From a virus (Duplodnaviria; Heunggongvirae; Uroviricota; Caudoviricetes): DNA of 64,000 bases. The stretch is taken from IMG/VR virus record IMGVR_UViG_2541047715_000004. One strand, given 5' to 3'. Made by a program: the position numbers and the translations under genes. Position 1 is the first letter of the stretch. Each line of letters opens with the position of its first letter. This document shows, piece by piece, positions 28,615 to 40,699 of this stretch. The notes beneath the pieces are model-generated. The model saw only the letters and a list, made by a program, of their open reading frames with translations, ran no database searches and was not told the origin of the DNA.

Positions 28615-31600
28615 CTATATCTGCCCACCTACTCCTTTGAACTTTTCAATAAACGTGACGATTTTCTGGAAAACGGTCTGTTTTTTCGTTTTATATTGCG
28701 GGTTTAACGGACTAAGTTTTGGTAATGTCTCGTTTAATTCTGTGCCATTTTCGGTGGCGTATTCGCGTTTTAAAGACGTGCGAATATAGCGTTTCGCCGC
28801 CTCTTCATTGAGATTTTCTTCTTTTATCAATGCTTCTGCTTCACGTTGCTGTTCGCGTTGAGCAAACGTAAAGAATGCCTCAATGATACTGGCTTTGTCT
28901 GGTAAATCATCCAGGTTCGTTTGCTGAATAAAATCGACCACCAGGCCCTCTTTCGCCCGGTTCCCCAGGCTTGAACGAATTAAGCGTTTGACCTCTTCGA
29001 TCATTTCGCCCTTGCCTTTATTTTGTCTGTTGTGTTCGAAAATCAGTCCAAGGATATAATCCAGGTTTATTTCCTGAGACTTCAGCAAATCGACCTCAAA
29101 AACTACGTCATCCCAGTCAGTGGTTGATTTCTCTTTTTTCTCAGCTTCTTTCTCACGGCGCTGCCAGTCGCGAATATCGTTATAGGCAGAACGATAATCC
29201 TGAATCTTGCGTTCAGCAGGGAGACGAATTGTTTGCAATTCAGCGAACTTTTCATCATCCACATAATGTTCTGCTTTGAATTTTTCTACCGCAACAGGAT
29301 CGCTAAGATCGATTTGTTGCAGGGCTTTCAGCGTGGCAAATTCATCATAGTTTTGCAGGATGTTCTCGGCACGCAGGTATTCACCAAACAGTTTTACGAA
29401 GTCTTTCTTCTCTTTTTCACTTTCAATACTGGCAGGGTCAGGGAACCGTTGTTCCAGTTCTGAAACTACTGCCATAAAGCCGCGTTTAGCTTCACCAGTG
29501 GCAGCATCTGTAAAGCCTTCCATATACTCAGCATAACTCTTTTCTAACACCACATTTTTAGTATTTTTATCACCAAACAGCGTTATGGCATCAATGGTTG
29601 AGCGTTCCAGATCCCGAAAAGTGACGATGTTACCGAAGGTTTTAGTAGCGTCATAAATGCGGTTGGTACGGGAGAATGCCTGCATCAGGCCGTGAAAACG
29701 CAAGTTTTTATCGACGAATAGCGTGTTCAATGTTGGAGCGTCGAAGCCGGTTAAAAACATCCCAACGACAATTAACAGATCGATATCCTGATTTTTAACC
29801 CGTTGGGCTAAATCACGATAGTAGTTCTGAAAACCGTTACTGTCGGTGCTGAAGTTAGTTTTAAAATAGCTGTTATACTCACGAATTGCAGCGTCAAGAA
29901 ACTCTTTAGCACTGCTGTCCATTGCGCTGGTATCAAAAGTTTCATCGGAAATTTCACCAATGGCATTTTGTTCTTCATTGGCGGCAAAGGAGAAGATTGT
30001 TGCAACACGCAGCGGTTTATAGGTAGCCGATTTATTAGCTGCTTCCTCTTGTAACCGTTTAAACGTCGCGTAATAGGCTTTCGCGGCATCCACGCTACTC
30101 ACTGCCAGCATGGCATTAAAGCCTTTGGAACCTGGGAAAGTACGGTGGGTCTTCTGGCGGAAGTTATTCAGAATATATTGCGTAATTTCCTGTATACGCA
30201 TGGGATGAAGAAATGCCTGCTGATTTTCAGCCGCACTCAGTTTTTTCTCGTCGGTTTCTGTCTCTAAAGATTTAAACTGTGGCCGCACATCGTTGTAGTC
30301 CACCTTGAATTTGAGCACTTTTTCATCACGAATCGCATCGGTAATTACATACGAATGCAATTCACGACCAAATACGCTGGCGGTCGTTTCTGAGCCTAAG
30401 GCGTTTTCCGGGAAAATAGGTGTGCCGGTAAAACCAAACTGATAATAGCGTTTGAATTTCTTCTTCAGGTTTTTCTGCGCTTCTCCAAACTGGCTGCGGT
30501 GACATTCATCAAATATAAACACCACTTGCTGATTGTATACAGGCAGGTCGCTTTCTGCTTTCATCAGGTTATTAAGTTTCTGAATAGTGGTGACGATAAT
30601 TTTGTTATCGTCCTTATCCAGATTGCGTTTAAGACCTGCGGTATTTTCCGAGCCGTTGACGCTGTCTGGCGAAAAACGCTTATATTCATTCATGGTCTGG
30701 TAATCGAGGTCTTTCCTGTCGACCACGAAGAAGACTTTATCAATAAAGTCCAGCTCTGTTGCCAGACGCGCGGCTTTAAAGCTGGTGAGGGTTTTACCTG
30801 AACCGGTAGTGTGCCAGATATACCCACCGCTTTCCGGTTTTGACCAGTTCTTCGCTGTAAAGGAACTCTTAATTTTCCACAGAATGCGCTCAGTGGCGGC
30901 AATCTGGTACGGTCGCATCACCAGTAGCGTTTGGCTAACATCGAATACGCTGTAGTTCACTAAGACATTAAGCAGGGTATGTTTCTGGAAAAAGGTGGCG
31001 GTAAAGTCTTTGAGGTCTTTAATCAGCGTGTTGTCTGATTTCGCCCAATTCATGGTGAAGTCAAAACTGTTTTTATCGCGCTTTGTCGTGTTGGCAAAGT
31101 AACGGGTATCGGTGCCGTTGGAAATGACAAACAGTTGCAGATACTTAAACAGAGAATTTTCGCTGTTAAAACTCTCTTTGCTGTAACGATGTATCTGGTT
31201 AAAGGCCTCACGAATCGCCACGCCGCGCTTTTTCAGTTCGATTTGTACCAGCGGTAAGCCATTAACCAGGATCGTGACGTCATAACGGTTAGCATGAGAA
31301 CCCGTCTGTTCAAACTGCTGGATAATCTGCACCTTGTTGCGCATGAGATTCTTTTTATCTATCAAATAGATGTTCTCAAGACGCTCGTCATCAAAAATAA
31401 AGTCGCAAATATAGTCGATATGGATTTTACGGGTCTTATCCAGGATGCCATCGCTCGGGTTATCCAGATACTGCTCCGTGAAACGCCGCCATTCGCTGTC
31501 ATTAAACACCACACCATTGAGGTTCTGAAGCTGTTCCCGAACGTTGGCCAGCATCGCCGACTGAGATTTTACGGAAATAAATTCATAGCCCTGATTCCGC

Positions 31601-31731
31601 AGATCCTGAATCAGTTCACGTTCCAGGTCCGATTCGCTCTGGTAGCTGTCGCCTGTTTGCTCGGCTTTGATGTACTTATCAAGAACGATAAAGTTATTGG
31701 ATTCAGCAATGGTGTGTGTCTGATGAGTCAT
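28615..31731 (-). CDS. hsdR: type I restriction enzyme R subunit (type IC, EcoR124-like)
   Basis: 1038 aa; N-terminus [22 protein letters not shown] matches my recollection of EcoR124I HsdR; helicase motifs [16 protein letters not shown]. Confidence 0.9.
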   Translation of the reverse strand: MTHQTHTIAESNNFIVLDKYIKAEQTGDSYQSESDLERELIQDLRNQGYEFISVKSQSAMLANVREQLQNLNGVVFNDSEWRRFTEQYLDNPSDGILDKTRKIHIDYICDFIFDDERLENIYLIDKKNLMRNKVQIIQQFEQTGSHANRYDVTILVNGLPLVQIELKKRGVAIREAFNQIHRYSKESFNSENSLFKYLQLFVISNGTDTRYFANTTKRDKNSFDFTMNWAKSDNTLIKDLKDFTATFFQKHTLLNVLVNYSVFDVSQTLLVMRPYQIAATERILWKIKSSFTAKNWSKPESGGYIWHTTGSGKTLTSFKAARLATELDFIDKVFFVVDRKDLDYQTMNEYKRFSPDSVNGSENTAGLKRNLDKDDNKIIVTTIQKLNNLMKAESDLPVYNQQVVFIFDECHRSQFGEAQKNLKKKFKRYYQFGFTGTPIFPENALGSETTASVFGRELHSYVITDAIRDEKVLKFKVDYNDVRPQFKSLETETDEKKLSAAENQQAFLHPMRIQEITQYILNNFRQKTHRTFPGSKGFNAMLAVSSVDAAKAYYATFKRLQEEAANKSATYKPLRVATIFSFAANEEQNAIGEISDETFDTSAMDSSAKEFLDAAIREYNSYFKTNFSTDSNGFQNYYRDLAQRVKNQDIDLLIVVGMFLTGFDAPTLNTLFVDKNLRFHGLMQAFSRTNRIYDATKTFGNIVTFRDLERSTIDAITLFGDKNTKNVVLEKSYAEYMEGFTDAATGEAKRGFMAVVSELEQRFPDPASIESEKEKKDFVKLFGEYLRAENILQNYDEFATLKALQQIDLSDPVAVEKFKAEHYVDDEKFAELQTIRLPAERKIQDYRSAYNDIRDWQRREKEAEKKEKSTTDWDDVVFEVDLLKSQEINLDYILGLIFEHNRQNKGKGEMIEEVKRLIRSSLGNRAKEGLVVDFIQQTNLDDLPDKASIIEAFFTFAQREQQREAEALIKEENLNEEAAKRYIRTSLKREYATENGTELNETLPKLSPLNPQYKTKKQTVFQKIVTFIEKFKGVGGQI

Positions 31732-31852
31732 AGCGCATCCTTTGTGCCGTCTGGCAAGGGCCGGAAGGGCTTTAAGGGCGACTTCCGGCGTGTAAAAAAT
31801 AGTCTCTATATAGACCGGATGTTAAGGTGATCCGGTCGGTAGCAATGGTCAA

Positions 31853-33100
31853 TTAGTTACTGATAGTTTCAGGTTTGGGAAAACTGAACAGTAAATCACG
31901 ATAGTACTCGTATTGTTTCTGGCGCAACTCGATTTCACGCGGAAGACCTTCGGTGATGGAATTGGTCAAAGCATCAAATTTATCCAGTAATTTCACTATT
32001 TTTTGTTGTTCAACTAGCGATCTTTCAGGAGAATCAGGAAATGGTACTGGTATCATAAGTTTTCTTAAGTTATCATTATAAAGTCTTTTAATAGTTCCAC
32101 CTTCAGATATTCCCCATTTTGCTATTTTATAGAAATAGAATAAATATTTATTTAAAACTATTTTTTCATTATTTTCAATCCAGACAATATTGCTATCCTG
32201 GAAATATGATTCCCTACCATCAAATATAACAGTCCTGCCGATGGTCCCACTGGCAGAAATCAATACTTCGCCAACTTTAGGATAACTATATTTTTCTTTA
32301 AATTCATTAAATAGTTTTCTAGATATATAGGAATCGGGTTCCTTACCAAATGTCCCAATTTTATAAAATGGAATCTCTCCCTCAGAAGATGTTTGTGATT
32401 TTAGGATTCGTTTACACATACGAACTTCACCAATTTCCCCCAAAGCTTTCCACTCAACCTCACCCTCTTTAAAACTCAACAACTGGTCGCGATAGTAGTT
32501 GTATTGTTTTTTACGCATGCTAAGCTCAGCGGTAAGCTCAGCGGTAAGTGCAGTAAATTTATCCAGAATCCTGACGATTTCAGACTGGATAGCCAGCGAC
32601 TTTTCCGGGTTGTTGGGGCAAGGGATGGGGATAAGTAATTTACCTATATCTTTAGCATACAAATGATAAACAGTAGAACCTTTAACCATTTGCAATATCT
32701 TTTTTTTGTTATTTATTATGAAATTACTTAGATATCTACCATCAACACCAGAGCATCTAATAATCAAAATATCGCCGCCTAAAATAACGCCACTTTCTTG
32801 AATGCAACTAGCTGTAGCCAAACCTCTTGGTGTAACGTCTGACGTTGGCATTAGAACATCATTTTTTTCAGATAGAATTGACTCATTGATTGCTTGGTTT
32901 GTTTTTGAGCATACTTTGTCAATTATGGGACCATAATGAGTGAAAAGCTCACCGTAATGAATACAATATCTATTGCCATCTGGAGTTATTTTTTCTTTAG
33001 GTAAAGACTTCCCTTTTAAAAAAGTTGCTAATTTATTTAATGCTACCCACTCAACCTCAGCCCCATCCAGCAGTTTTTCCAGATAACTCAGCTCGCTCAT
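31853..33100 (-). CDS. hsdS: type I restriction-modification specificity subunit (type IC)
   Basis: Two target-recognition domains separated by conserved central region containing TAELTAEL; conserved C-terminal [22 protein letters not shown]. Confidence 0.9.
   Translation of the reverse strand: MSELSYLEKLLDGAEVEWVALNKLATFLKGKSLPKEKITPDGNRYCIHYGELFTHYGPIIDKVCSKTNQAINESILSEKNDVLMPTSDVTPRGLATASCIQESGVILGGDILIIRCSGVDGRYLSNFIINNKKKILQMVKGSTVYHLYAKDIGKLLIPIPCPNNPEKSLAIQSEIVRILDKFTALTAELTAELSMRKKQYNYYRDQLLSFKEGEVEWKALGEIGEVRMCKRILKSQTSSEGEIPFYKIGTFGKEPDSYISRKLFNEFKEKYSYPKVGEVLISASGTIGRTVIFDGRESYFQDSNIVWIENNEKIVLNKYLFYFYKIAKWGISEGGTIKRLYNDNLRKLMIPVPFPDSPERSLVEQQKIVKLLDKFDALTNSITEGLPREIELRQKQYEYYRDLLFSFPKPETISN
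32522..32545 (-). repeat. 2 x 12-bp tandem repeat encoding TAEL-TAEL in hsdS central conserved region
   Basis: aagctcagcggt repeated twice on + strand (ACCGCTGAGCTT on coding strand). Confidence 0.85.
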
Positions 33101-34659
33101 GCCTGTACCTCGCTACCTTCAATCTCAGCAACAATCGCATCAATATCTTTACGCAACTGGTCGATTTTGCTGACCGTGGTTTTCAGCTCAGCATTCAGCT
33201 CAGCGATATCGATAATTTCGCGAGTATCTTTCGCTTCCACATAGCTGCTCACCGACAGGTTATAGTCATTCGCGACAACAGTCTCAAACGCAACAGATTT
33301 CGCCAGATGAGCAACATCTTCCTTGCTGGCAAATACCTGCATAATCTGTTCGATATGAGCATCGGTCAGAATGTTGTTGTTAGTCTCTTTTTTGAACAGT
33401 TCGCTGGCATCAATAAACTGAACTTTGGTATCCGTTTTATGTTTAGACAGCACCAGAATATTGACGGCAATAGTGGTGCCAAAGAACAGATTCGGTGCCA
33501 GTGAAATCACGGTTTCGACATAGTTATTGTCGACCAGATACTGACGGATTTTCTGCTCCGCGCCGCCACGGTAAAAAATGCCTGGGAAGCAGACAATCGC
33601 AGCGCGACCTTTGGCCGAAAGATAGTTCAGCGCATGTAATACAAACGCAAAGTCAGCTTTGGATTTGGGGGCCAGAACGCCAGCCGGGGCAAAACGTTCA
33701 TCGTTAATCAGCGTCGGGTCATCGCTGCCAATCCATTTCACCGAATACGGCGGGTTAGAAACGATGGCATCAAACGGTTTTTCATCTCTGAAGTGCGGCT
33801 CAGTCAGTGTATTACCCAGCTTGATATCAAACTTGTCGTAGTTGATGTTGTGCAAAAACATGTTCATACGCGCCAGGTTATAGGTCGTATGGTTGATTTC
33901 CTGACCAAAAAAACCTTCTTCGATGATATGGTCATCAAACTGTTTTTTCGCCTGCAACAACAGCGAACCGGAGCCTGCTGCCGGGTCGTAGATTTTGTTA
34001 ACGTGGGTCTGCCCGTGCATAGCCAGTTGTGCAATCAGCTTAGAGACGTGCTGCGGTGTAAAGAACTCGCCGCCGGACTTACCGGCATTCGCCGCATAGT
34101 TAGAAATCAGGAACTCATAGGCGTCACCGAACAGGTCAATCTGATGTTCATGGAAGTCACCAAGTTTTAGCCCTTCAACCCCTTTCAGAACCGCAGCCAA
34201 GCGGGCATTTTTATCTTTAACGGTGTTACCCAGGCGGTTACTGGTGGTATCGAAATCAGCAAACAAACCTTTGATGTCAGCTTCTGAAGGATAACCGTAA
34301 GCAGAACTTTCGATAGCAACGAAGATGCTGTTTAAATCTGCATTCAGTCTGTCATTAGTATTTGCTTTCGCAGCTACGTTGCAGAAAAGCTGACTGGGGT
34401 AGATGAAGTAGCCTTTAGTTTTGATGGCATCGTCTTTAATGTCATCAGTAATTACGCTGTCATCCAGTTTCGCATAACAGATACTGTCATCACCGGCTTC
34501 AATATAACTGGAAAAATTTTCGCTGATAAAACGGTAAAAAAGCGCGCCCAAAACGTACTGCTTAAAATCCCATCCATCGACTGAACCCCTGACATCGTTA
34601 GCAATTTGCCAGATCTGGCGATGAAGCTCTGCACGTTGTTGAATACTTGTCATTTTCAT
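33097..34659 (-). CDS. hsdM: type I restriction-modification methyltransferase subunit
   Basis: N6-adenine MTase motifs including NPPYS; stop overlaps hsdS start (ATGA). Confidence 0.9.
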   Translation of the reverse strand: MKMTSIQQRAELHRQIWQIANDVRGSVDGWDFKQYVLGALFYRFISENFSSYIEAGDDSICYAKLDDSVITDDIKDDAIKTKGYFIYPSQLFCNVAAKANTNDRLNADLNSIFVAIESSAYGYPSEADIKGLFADFDTTSNRLGNTVKDKNARLAAVLKGVEGLKLGDFHEHQIDLFGDAYEFLISNYAANAGKSGGEFFTPQHVSKLIAQLAMHGQTHVNKIYDPAAGSGSLLLQAKKQFDDHIIEEGFFGQEINHTTYNLARMNMFLHNINYDKFDIKLGNTLTEPHFRDEKPFDAIVSNPPYSVKWIGSDDPTLINDERFAPAGVLAPKSKADFAFVLHALNYLSAKGRAAIVCFPGIFYRGGAEQKIRQYLVDNNYVETVISLAPNLFFGTTIAVNILVLSKHKTDTKVQFIDASELFKKETNNNILTDAHIEQIMQVFASKEDVAHLAKSVAFETVVANDYNLSVSSYVEAKDTREIIDIAELNAELKTTVSKIDQLRKDIDAIVAEIEGSEVQA

Positions 34660-34744
34660 CCACTTATTTCAGGTTTAAGTAATTGGATGTGATTCTACAG
34701 CAACTTGGATGCTTTAGCAGTTCGGACATTAGGTAACGAATGAC

Positions 34745-35009
34745 CTAATTAGAGCTTTTTGGAAAAGCGGTATTGTCGGTGCGATTTTAGCTATGTCTGG
34801 GTGTGCGATGGTGCAATACAATGACGGTGAAAAGGTTAGCATCCAGTTCGATGGCTGGTATTGGCTTGGATAGCCTGCCAAAAAACGCAGATAAAGCCTG
34901 TCAGCAATACGGAAAGTCTAAAGCTGTATATCTGCATAGCGCGAACGCTAACCCTCATCTTGCGCCTGGTACGGGTGTTCAGAATACCATCTGGAAATGT
35001 GAGCCTTAA
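34745..35009 (+). pseudogene. possible frameshifted small lipoprotein gene remnant
   Basis: Lipobox-like LAMSGC in one frame (ending at about 34866) continues in another frame as ORF 34803-35009; weak. Confidence 0.2.
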
Positions 35010-35011
35010 AC

Positions 35012-35263
35012 ATGAGCAACTGGAACATAGCAGCCAAAAGCCAGGAAGAAAGGAATAAAGTTAACGTTGACCTGGCTGCCAGGGGGGTTGCCTACAAAGA
35101 GCGATTGAACATACCCGTCATAGCGGAACAGGTAGCCCGTGAGCAACCTGAGAACCTGCGCACCTATTTCATGGAACGGCTACGGCACTACCGGCAGTTA
35201 AGCCTCCTGCTGCCAAAAGGAAACGATCCGGTATATCAGAAAGAAGATATAGCCAAAAAATAA
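35012..35263 (+). CDS. hypothetical protein
   Basis: 83-aa ORF upstream of the LexA box. Confidence 0.35.
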   Translation: MSNWNIAAKSQEERNKVNVDLAARGVAYKERLNIPVIAEQVAREQPENLRTYFMERLRHYRQLSLLLPKGNDPVYQKEDIAKK

Positions 35264-35323
35264 CGCGCCACCAGACGAGCGCAAAGCATCGCGCTATTGC
35301 ACACTTCAAGCATCTTTAATGTA

Positions 35324-35343
35324 TACTGTATGGATAAACAGTA
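35324..35343 (+). promoter_or_regulatory. LexA (SOS) box
   Basis: TACTGTATGGATAAACAGTA fits CTGT-N8-ACAG consensus, 19 bp upstream of the umuD-like start. Confidence 0.8.
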
Positions 35344-35361
35344 CTCTGAGGTGAAAACGCT

Positions 35362-35751
35362 ATGGGCTTCCCTTCTCCTGCGGCGGATTATGCTGAGAGC
35401 CGTATTTCTCTTGATCAGCAGATAATTAGACATCCTTCAGCGACCTACTTCATGAGGGCAGCTGATAGTCATCATCGTGAGGGAATATTACAGGGTGCAT
35501 TGCTGGTGGTCGATTCCTCACTTACCCCGGTTGATGGTTCTCTGCTTGTATGCGCTCTGGATGGGGAATATCGCGTAAAAAGATACCGGAAGTACCCACG
35601 TCAGCATCTGGAGGATTTAAGAACCGGTAAGAAGGAAGCATTGCCAAAGGATGACGATGGATGCACGGGCAGCAATGCCGTGTTTGGTGTGATCACTCAC
35701 ATTATCAACGACGCAAGAAGTGGCGAGTTTGATGATTGTCCCGTGATGTAG
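35362..35751 (+). CDS. UmuD'/HumD-like S24 peptidase-fold protein lacking the N-terminal arm
   Basis: Begins MGFPSPAADYAE, equivalent to E. coli UmuD residues right after the Cys24-Gly25 autocleavage site; no umuC partner follows. Confidence 0.65.
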   Translation: MGFPSPAADYAESRISLDQQIIRHPSATYFMRAADSHHREGILQGALLVVDSSLTPVDGSLLVCALDGEYRVKRYRKYPRQHLEDLRTGKKEALPKDDDGCTGSNAVFGVITHIINDARSGEFDDCPVM

Positions 35752-35762
35752 GAGAACTGATT

Positions 35763-35788
35763 AGGCGGTGCAATGCACCGCCTTTTAT
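35763..35788. terminator. bidirectional terminator hairpin
   Basis: Hairpin aggcggtgc-aat-gcaccgcct with T-run, between convergent umuD-like and mrp genes. Confidence 0.55.
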
Positions 35789-36888
35789 CACACTGCGCGG
35801 AATGCGATTTCGCCAGGTATTACTTCACCTTGCCAATACATTTGGGCGGCAACGCGATCTGCGAGGTCACGATAAATAGCCGTAAATTCGCTATCTGGAC
35901 GACTAATAACGGTTGGTGTTCCGTTATCCAGATCTTCACGAAGAGAGATATGAAGTGGCATTTGGCCTAACAACTGCGTGTTGTATTTCTCGGCCAGTTT
36001 CTGTGCGCCACCGGTGCCAAAAATTGGCTCGTGATGACCGCAGTTACTGCAAATATGCACACTCATGTTTTCGACGATACCCAGTACCGGCACTTCGACT
36101 TTTTCGAACATCACAATGCCTTTCTTCGCATCGATCAGCGCGATGTCTTGCGGCGTAGTTACCACAACCGCACCAGTTACAGGAATGTTCTGCGCCAGCG
36201 TCAACTGAATATCACCAGTGCCCGGCGGCATATCGAGAACGAGATAGTCCAGATCAGGCCATAGAGTTTCCTGCAACATCTGCATCAGCGCCTTGCTGGC
36301 CATCGGTCCACGCCACACCATTGCATTGTCGTCGGTGACCAGATAACCAATAGAGTTGGTTGCCAGGCCATGAGACATGATAGGTGCCATGTGAGTACCG
36401 TCAGGTGAGGTTGGACGTTGGTTTTCCGCGCCCAGCATGGTTGGAATTGATGGACCATAGATATCGGCATCCAAAATACCAACTTTCGCACCTTCAGCAG
36501 CCAACGCCAGTGCCAGGTTTACCGCCGTGGAGGATTTACCCACGCCGCCCTTGCCTGAGCTGACGGCGATAATGTTCTTAACGCCATTAATGCCTGGTTG
36601 GTTTTTGACGCGCTTAAGCGTGGCAATGTTGTACGACAGCTTCCAGTCAATAGCCTTTGCGCCAGTGATACGGAGCAGATCACCACTACATTGCTCTTTC
36701 AGGTCTTCAAAAGGCTTATTCCACACGAAAGGCATGATTAGTTCGACATGCAGTGTGTCATCCATCAACGCAACATGGTGTAACGCTTTAAGCGTAGTCA
36801 GGTTGTGTTTCAGGGTTGGGTGCTGAAAATTAGCCAGCGTACCGGCTACCATTGCTCTCAGGGCATCCGGCGATTTGGACTCGCTCAT
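35788..36888 (-). CDS. apbC: iron-sulfur cluster carrier ATPase Mrp/ApbC
   Basis: Deviant Walker A SGKGGVGKSS, CxxC motif ICSNCGHH; divergent from metG as in E. coli. Confidence 0.9.
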   Translation of the reverse strand: MSESKSPDALRAMVAGTLANFQHPTLKHNLTTLKALHHVALMDDTLHVELIMPFVWNKPFEDLKEQCSGDLLRITGAKAIDWKLSYNIATLKRVKNQPGINGVKNIIAVSSGKGGVGKSSTAVNLALALAAEGAKVGILDADIYGPSIPTMLGAENQRPTSPDGTHMAPIMSHGLATNSIGYLVTDDNAMVWRGPMASKALMQMLQETLWPDLDYLVLDMPPGTGDIQLTLAQNIPVTGAVVVTTPQDIALIDAKKGIVMFEKVEVPVLGIVENMSVHICSNCGHHEPIFGTGGAQKLAEKYNTQLLGQMPLHISLREDLDNGTPTVISRPDSEFTAIYRDLADRVAAQMYWQGEVIPGEIAFRAV

Positions 36889-37045
36889 CCCGTCTCCTTT
36901 ATTTTAATTTGCGCAATTGTCGCCTTGTAGTGTACTCCAGCTACGACATTTAATCATTTATGAGAAATGCTGTTATCACATGGCAGACATAAGGCCATTT
37001 TGTTACTATCAAGCCCCTTTTCACTACAAAGAAGTAATGCCTACT

Positions 37046-39079
37046 ATGACCCAAGTCGCGAAGAAAATTCTGGTGACGTGCGCGCTGCCGTACGCTAACG
37101 GCTCAATCCACCTCGGCCATATGCTGGAGCACATCCAGGCTGATGTCTGGGTTCGTTACCAGCGAATGCGCGGCCACGAGGTTAATTTCATCTGTGCCGA
37201 CGATGCCCACGGTACGCCGATCATGCTGAAAGCACAGCAGCTTGGTATCACACCGGAGCAGATGATTGGCGAAATGAGTCAGGAACACCAGACTGATTTC
37301 GCAGGCTTTAACATCAGCTATGACAACTATCACTCGACGCACAGCGAAGAGAACCGCCAGCTGTCTGAGCTTATCTATACTCGCCTGAAAGAGAACGGTT
37401 TTATTAAAAACCGCACTATCTCTCAGTTGTACGACCCGGAAAAAGGCATGTTCCTGCCGGATCGTTTTGTGAAAGGCACCTGCCCGAAATGTAAAGCGCC
37501 AGATCAATACGGCGATAACTGTGAAGTCTGCGGCGCAACATATAGCCCGACTGAATTGATCGAGCCGAAATCGGTGGTTTCTGGCGCTACCCCGGTAATG
37601 CGTGATTCCGAACACTTCTTCTTTGATCTGCCTTCTTTCAGCGAAATGTTGCAGGCATGGACCCGCAGCGGCGCGTTGCAGGAGCAGGTGGCGAACAAAA
37701 TGCAGGAATGGTTTGAATCCGGCCTGCAACAGTGGGATATCTCCCGAGATGCGCCTTACTTCGGTTTTGAAATTCCGAACGCGCCGGGCAAATATTTCTA
37801 CGTCTGGCTGGACGCGCCGATTGGCTACATGGGTTCCTTCAAGAATCTGTGCGACAAACGCGGCGACACTACCAGCTTCGACGAATACTGGAAGAAAGAC
37901 TCCACCGCCGAGCTGTACCACTTCATCGGTAAAGATATCGTTTACTTCCACAGCCTGTTCTGGCCTGCCATGCTGGAAGGCAGCAACTTCCGCAAGCCGA
38001 CCAACCTGTTTGTTCACGGCTATGTGACGGTGAACGGCGCGAAGATGTCCAAGTCTCGCGGCACCTTTATTAAAGCCAGCACCTGGCTGAATCATTTTGA
38101 CGCCGACAGCCTGCGTTACTACTACACTGCGAAACTCTCTTCGCGCATTGATGATATCGATCTCAACCTGGAAGATTTTGTTCAGCGCGTGAATGCCGAT
38201 ATCGTGAACAAAGTGGTTAACCTGGCCTCCCGTAATGCAGGTTTTATCAACAAACGTTTTGACGGCGTGCTGGCAAGCGAACTGGCTGACCCGCAACTGT
38301 ACAAAACCTTCACTGATGCCGCTGAAGTGATTGGTGAAGCGTGGGAAAGCCGCGAATTTGGCAAAGCTATCCGTGAAATCATGTCACTGGCTGACCTGGC
38401 TAACCGCTATGTTGATGAACAGGCTCCGTGGGTGGTGGCGAAGCAGGAAGGCCGCGATGCCGACCTGCAGGCGATTTGCTCTATGGGCATTAACCTGTTC
38501 CGCGTGCTGATGACGTACCTGAAACCGGTACTGCCGAAACTGACTGAACGTGCAGAAGCATTCCTGAATACAGAACTGACCTGGGATGGTATCCAGCAAC
38601 CGCTGCTGGGCCATAAAGTGAATCCGTTCAAGGCACTGTATAACCGTATCGATATGAAACAGGTGGAAGCACTGGTGGAAGCATCCAAAGAAGAAGTGAA
38701 AGCCACAGCTGCACAGGTAACTGGCCCACTGGCTGACGACCCGATTCAGGAAACCATCACCTTTGACGACTTCGCCAAAGTTGACCTGCGTGTGGCGCTG
38801 ATTGAAAACGCGGAGTTTGTCGAAGGTTCTGACAAACTGCTGCGTCTGACACTGGATCTCGGTGGTGAAAAGCGTAATGTCTTCTCAGGCATCCGTTCTG
38901 CTTATCCAGACCCACAGGCACTGATTGGTCGTCACACCATTATGGTGGCTAACCTGGCTCCGCGTAAAATGCGCTTCGGTATCTCCGAAGGCATGGTGAT
39001 GGCTGCTGGCCCCGGCGGGAAAGATATCTTCCTGTTAAGCCCGGATGCTGGTGCTAAACCAGGCCACCAGGTTAAGTAA
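37046..39079 (+). CDS. metG: methionyl-tRNA synthetase
   Basis: 677 aa, near-identical in pattern to E. coli MetG (HIGH motif [13 protein letters not shown], zinc knuckles CPKC...CEVC); true start ATG 37046 inside the longer listed ORF. Confidence 0.95.
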   Translation: MTQVAKKILVTCALPYANGSIHLGHMLEHIQADVWVRYQRMRGHEVNFICADDAHGTPIMLKAQQLGITPEQMIGEMSQEHQTDFAGFNISYDNYHSTHSEENRQLSELIYTRLKENGFIKNRTISQLYDPEKGMFLPDRFVKGTCPKCKAPDQYGDNCEVCGATYSPTELIEPKSVVSGATPVMRDSEHFFFDLPSFSEMLQAWTRSGALQEQVANKMQEWFESGLQQWDISRDAPYFGFEIPNAPGKYFYVWLDAPIGYMGSFKNLCDKRGDTTSFDEYWKKDSTAELYHFIGKDIVYFHSLFWPAMLEGSNFRKPTNLFVHGYVTVNGAKMSKSRGTFIKASTWLNHFDADSLRYYYTAKLSSRIDDIDLNLEDFVQRVNADIVNKVVNLASRNAGFINKRFDGVLASELADPQLYKTFTDAAEVIGEAWESREFGKAIREIMSLADLANRYVDEQAPWVVAKQEGRDADLQAICSMGINLFRVLMTYLKPVLPKLTERAEAFLNTELTWDGIQQPLLGHKVNPFKALYNRIDMKQVEALVEASKEEVKATAAQVTGPLADDPIQETITFDDFAKVDLRVALIENAEFVEGSDKLLRLTLDLGGEKRNVFSGIRSAYPDPQALIGRHTIMVANLAPRKMRFGISEGMVMAAGPGGKDIFLLSPDAGAKPGHQVK

Positions 39080-39240
39080 TTAAACAACCTCTGTTCGCAA
39101 TGCCCGGCAACACGCTGGGCATTTTCATATAGACACAACCCCTTCTGACTTTAACAAACCCTAAAACAATTTGTTTTCTACCTTTTGTTGATTGAGATAA
39201 TAAGCCACATAAGAAAACAAATTGTTTCGGAGTTGTTGAA

Positions 39241-39540
39241 ATGTTGAACATTACCCAAGCCTACCAGGTGGCATTGATCAGTTCATCTCATACATCAGAG
39301 GAAGATGCTCGCCGATTCATGATCGCAAGCAATGAGCTGGATTGGGTTTCACAAATTGATGGCGGTTGTATTGTCCACGCCGGGTTACAGGATGATGTCT
39401 GGAAAGATGACTTGCGTCGATATGGTATATCCGAAGGCGCGATTGCTAACATTCAGAAAGTACTTGATGTAGGCTTTGACTCTGTACATTTTGATTGTGG
39501 TGCACCGGTCGTTGAAGGGCTAGAGTGCTGGCAATGGTAA
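39241..39540 (+). CDS. hypothetical protein
   Basis: 99-aa ORF preceded by two GAAAACAA(n)TTGTTT motifs. Confidence 0.45.
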   Translation: MLNITQAYQVALISSSHTSEEDARRFMIASNELDWVSQIDGGCIVHAGLQDDVWKDDLRRYGISEGAIANIQKVLDVGFDSVHFDCGAPVVEGLECWQW

Positions 39541-39576
39541 TCCGGCAATCGCTTCATACTAGATAACGGAGAATTT

Positions 39577-39762
39577 ATGCTTAAAGAAGACTCATATCTA
39601 CTAAAGGCGCTTGAAATGCGTGGCGTTGAACCTACAGTGAAAAACGCTCACGATATCTACCTTCAGTTTTCACCGGAGCTGAAACGGCTCATAAATCAAT
39701 ACGGGGTTAATGACTCAAGTGTTAAAGCAATGATAGATGATGAATTAGACCATCTCATCTAA
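39577..39762 (+). CDS. hypothetical protein
   Basis: 61-aa ORF with RBS. Confidence 0.35.
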   Translation: MLKEDSYLLKALEMRGVEPTVKNAHDIYLQFSPELKRLINQYGVNDSSVKAMIDDELDHLI

Positions 39763-39914
39763 TCGTTTCCTATGATAATGGTTTTCACTTTGAGATTGTT
39801 ATTTTTCATAGCTAAAGCTGATGTTTGTGGAAGGTGGATTGATAAACGGATGCGTATTTAGGTTATACAAGTGAGAAAATTGATAATATATAAACGCGAT
39901 TTTTATGTGATGGA

Positions 39915-40484
39915 ATGGATGTGATGGAAACCCAGAACCAACAAACAAAACCTCTGAATAACATTTATGCGTGGATTCTAGCGTTCATGCCTTTCTTCTT
40001 TGGAGTATCGCCGGAAGAGTATACCAATTACGCTATTATAATTGGGGGTGTAACTACCATCGGTTTGTTAGTAGCTGACAGAATGGCTCTATCGGAGTCT
40101 GGCTGTGAACCACCTTCAATTCTATGGGGGGTATTCCTCCTGCCTGTCTATCTCTGGAAGCGCGCGACTATTACAAAAGGCAGCAGAGTGCCATTTATCA
40201 TAATCGTTGCGTCGCTGGCTTGGATTATCTTCATCGGCATCCCACACAAGGACGAGGTTGCTCTTGAAGAAGCAGCCTGCCCTCTCGTGACAACTATTCT
40301 GAAAGAGAATAACGGTTCGACTGCACCAAAATGTATGAAGGTGACAATAGAGGACAAGGTGACGGATAAGTTCTATAGAGCAACGGCTACACTAGACAAT
40401 GGTAATGACATTAACATTACTCTGGAACTTACCGGCGACAGGAACTTCTACGTCCGTGTTCCAAATGTTTATCTGAACAACTAA
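39915..40484 (+). CDS. hypothetical membrane protein
   Basis: Several hydrophobic segments; exact start uncertain. Confidence 0.4.
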   Translation: MDVMETQNQQTKPLNNIYAWILAFMPFFFGVSPEEYTNYAIIIGGVTTIGLLVADRMALSESGCEPPSILWGVFLLPVYLWKRATITKGSRVPFIIIVASLAWIIFIGIPHKDEVALEEAACPLVTTILKENNGSTAPKCMKVTIEDKVTDKFYRATATLDNGNDINITLELTGDRNFYVRVPNVYLNN

Positions 40485-40699
40485 CGGTTGTAACTTATTG
40501 ATAATGGCGGTCACAATTTGATTCTTTTCTATAAGAATCCGTTGATCGCCACTACTCCCCTACCATGCCCGCAATCACATCCTTAAATATCAATAAGTTA
40601 TAGTTGTTTATACAATCAAGAAAACAACTGAATAACAGATCAACGAAACATCAACGCTTTCACCCGATTTGGTCTAAAAAATTGACGTTTTCACACATC

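Noticed and set aside
36917-37045. Upstream extension of the metG ORF
   Set aside because: MetG homology begins at ATG 37046 ([10 protein letters not shown]...); the upstream codons are intergenic read-through of the frame.
37103-38296. 397-aa minus-strand ORF
   Set aside because: Lies antisense within metG; typical spurious ORF in GC-richer DNA.
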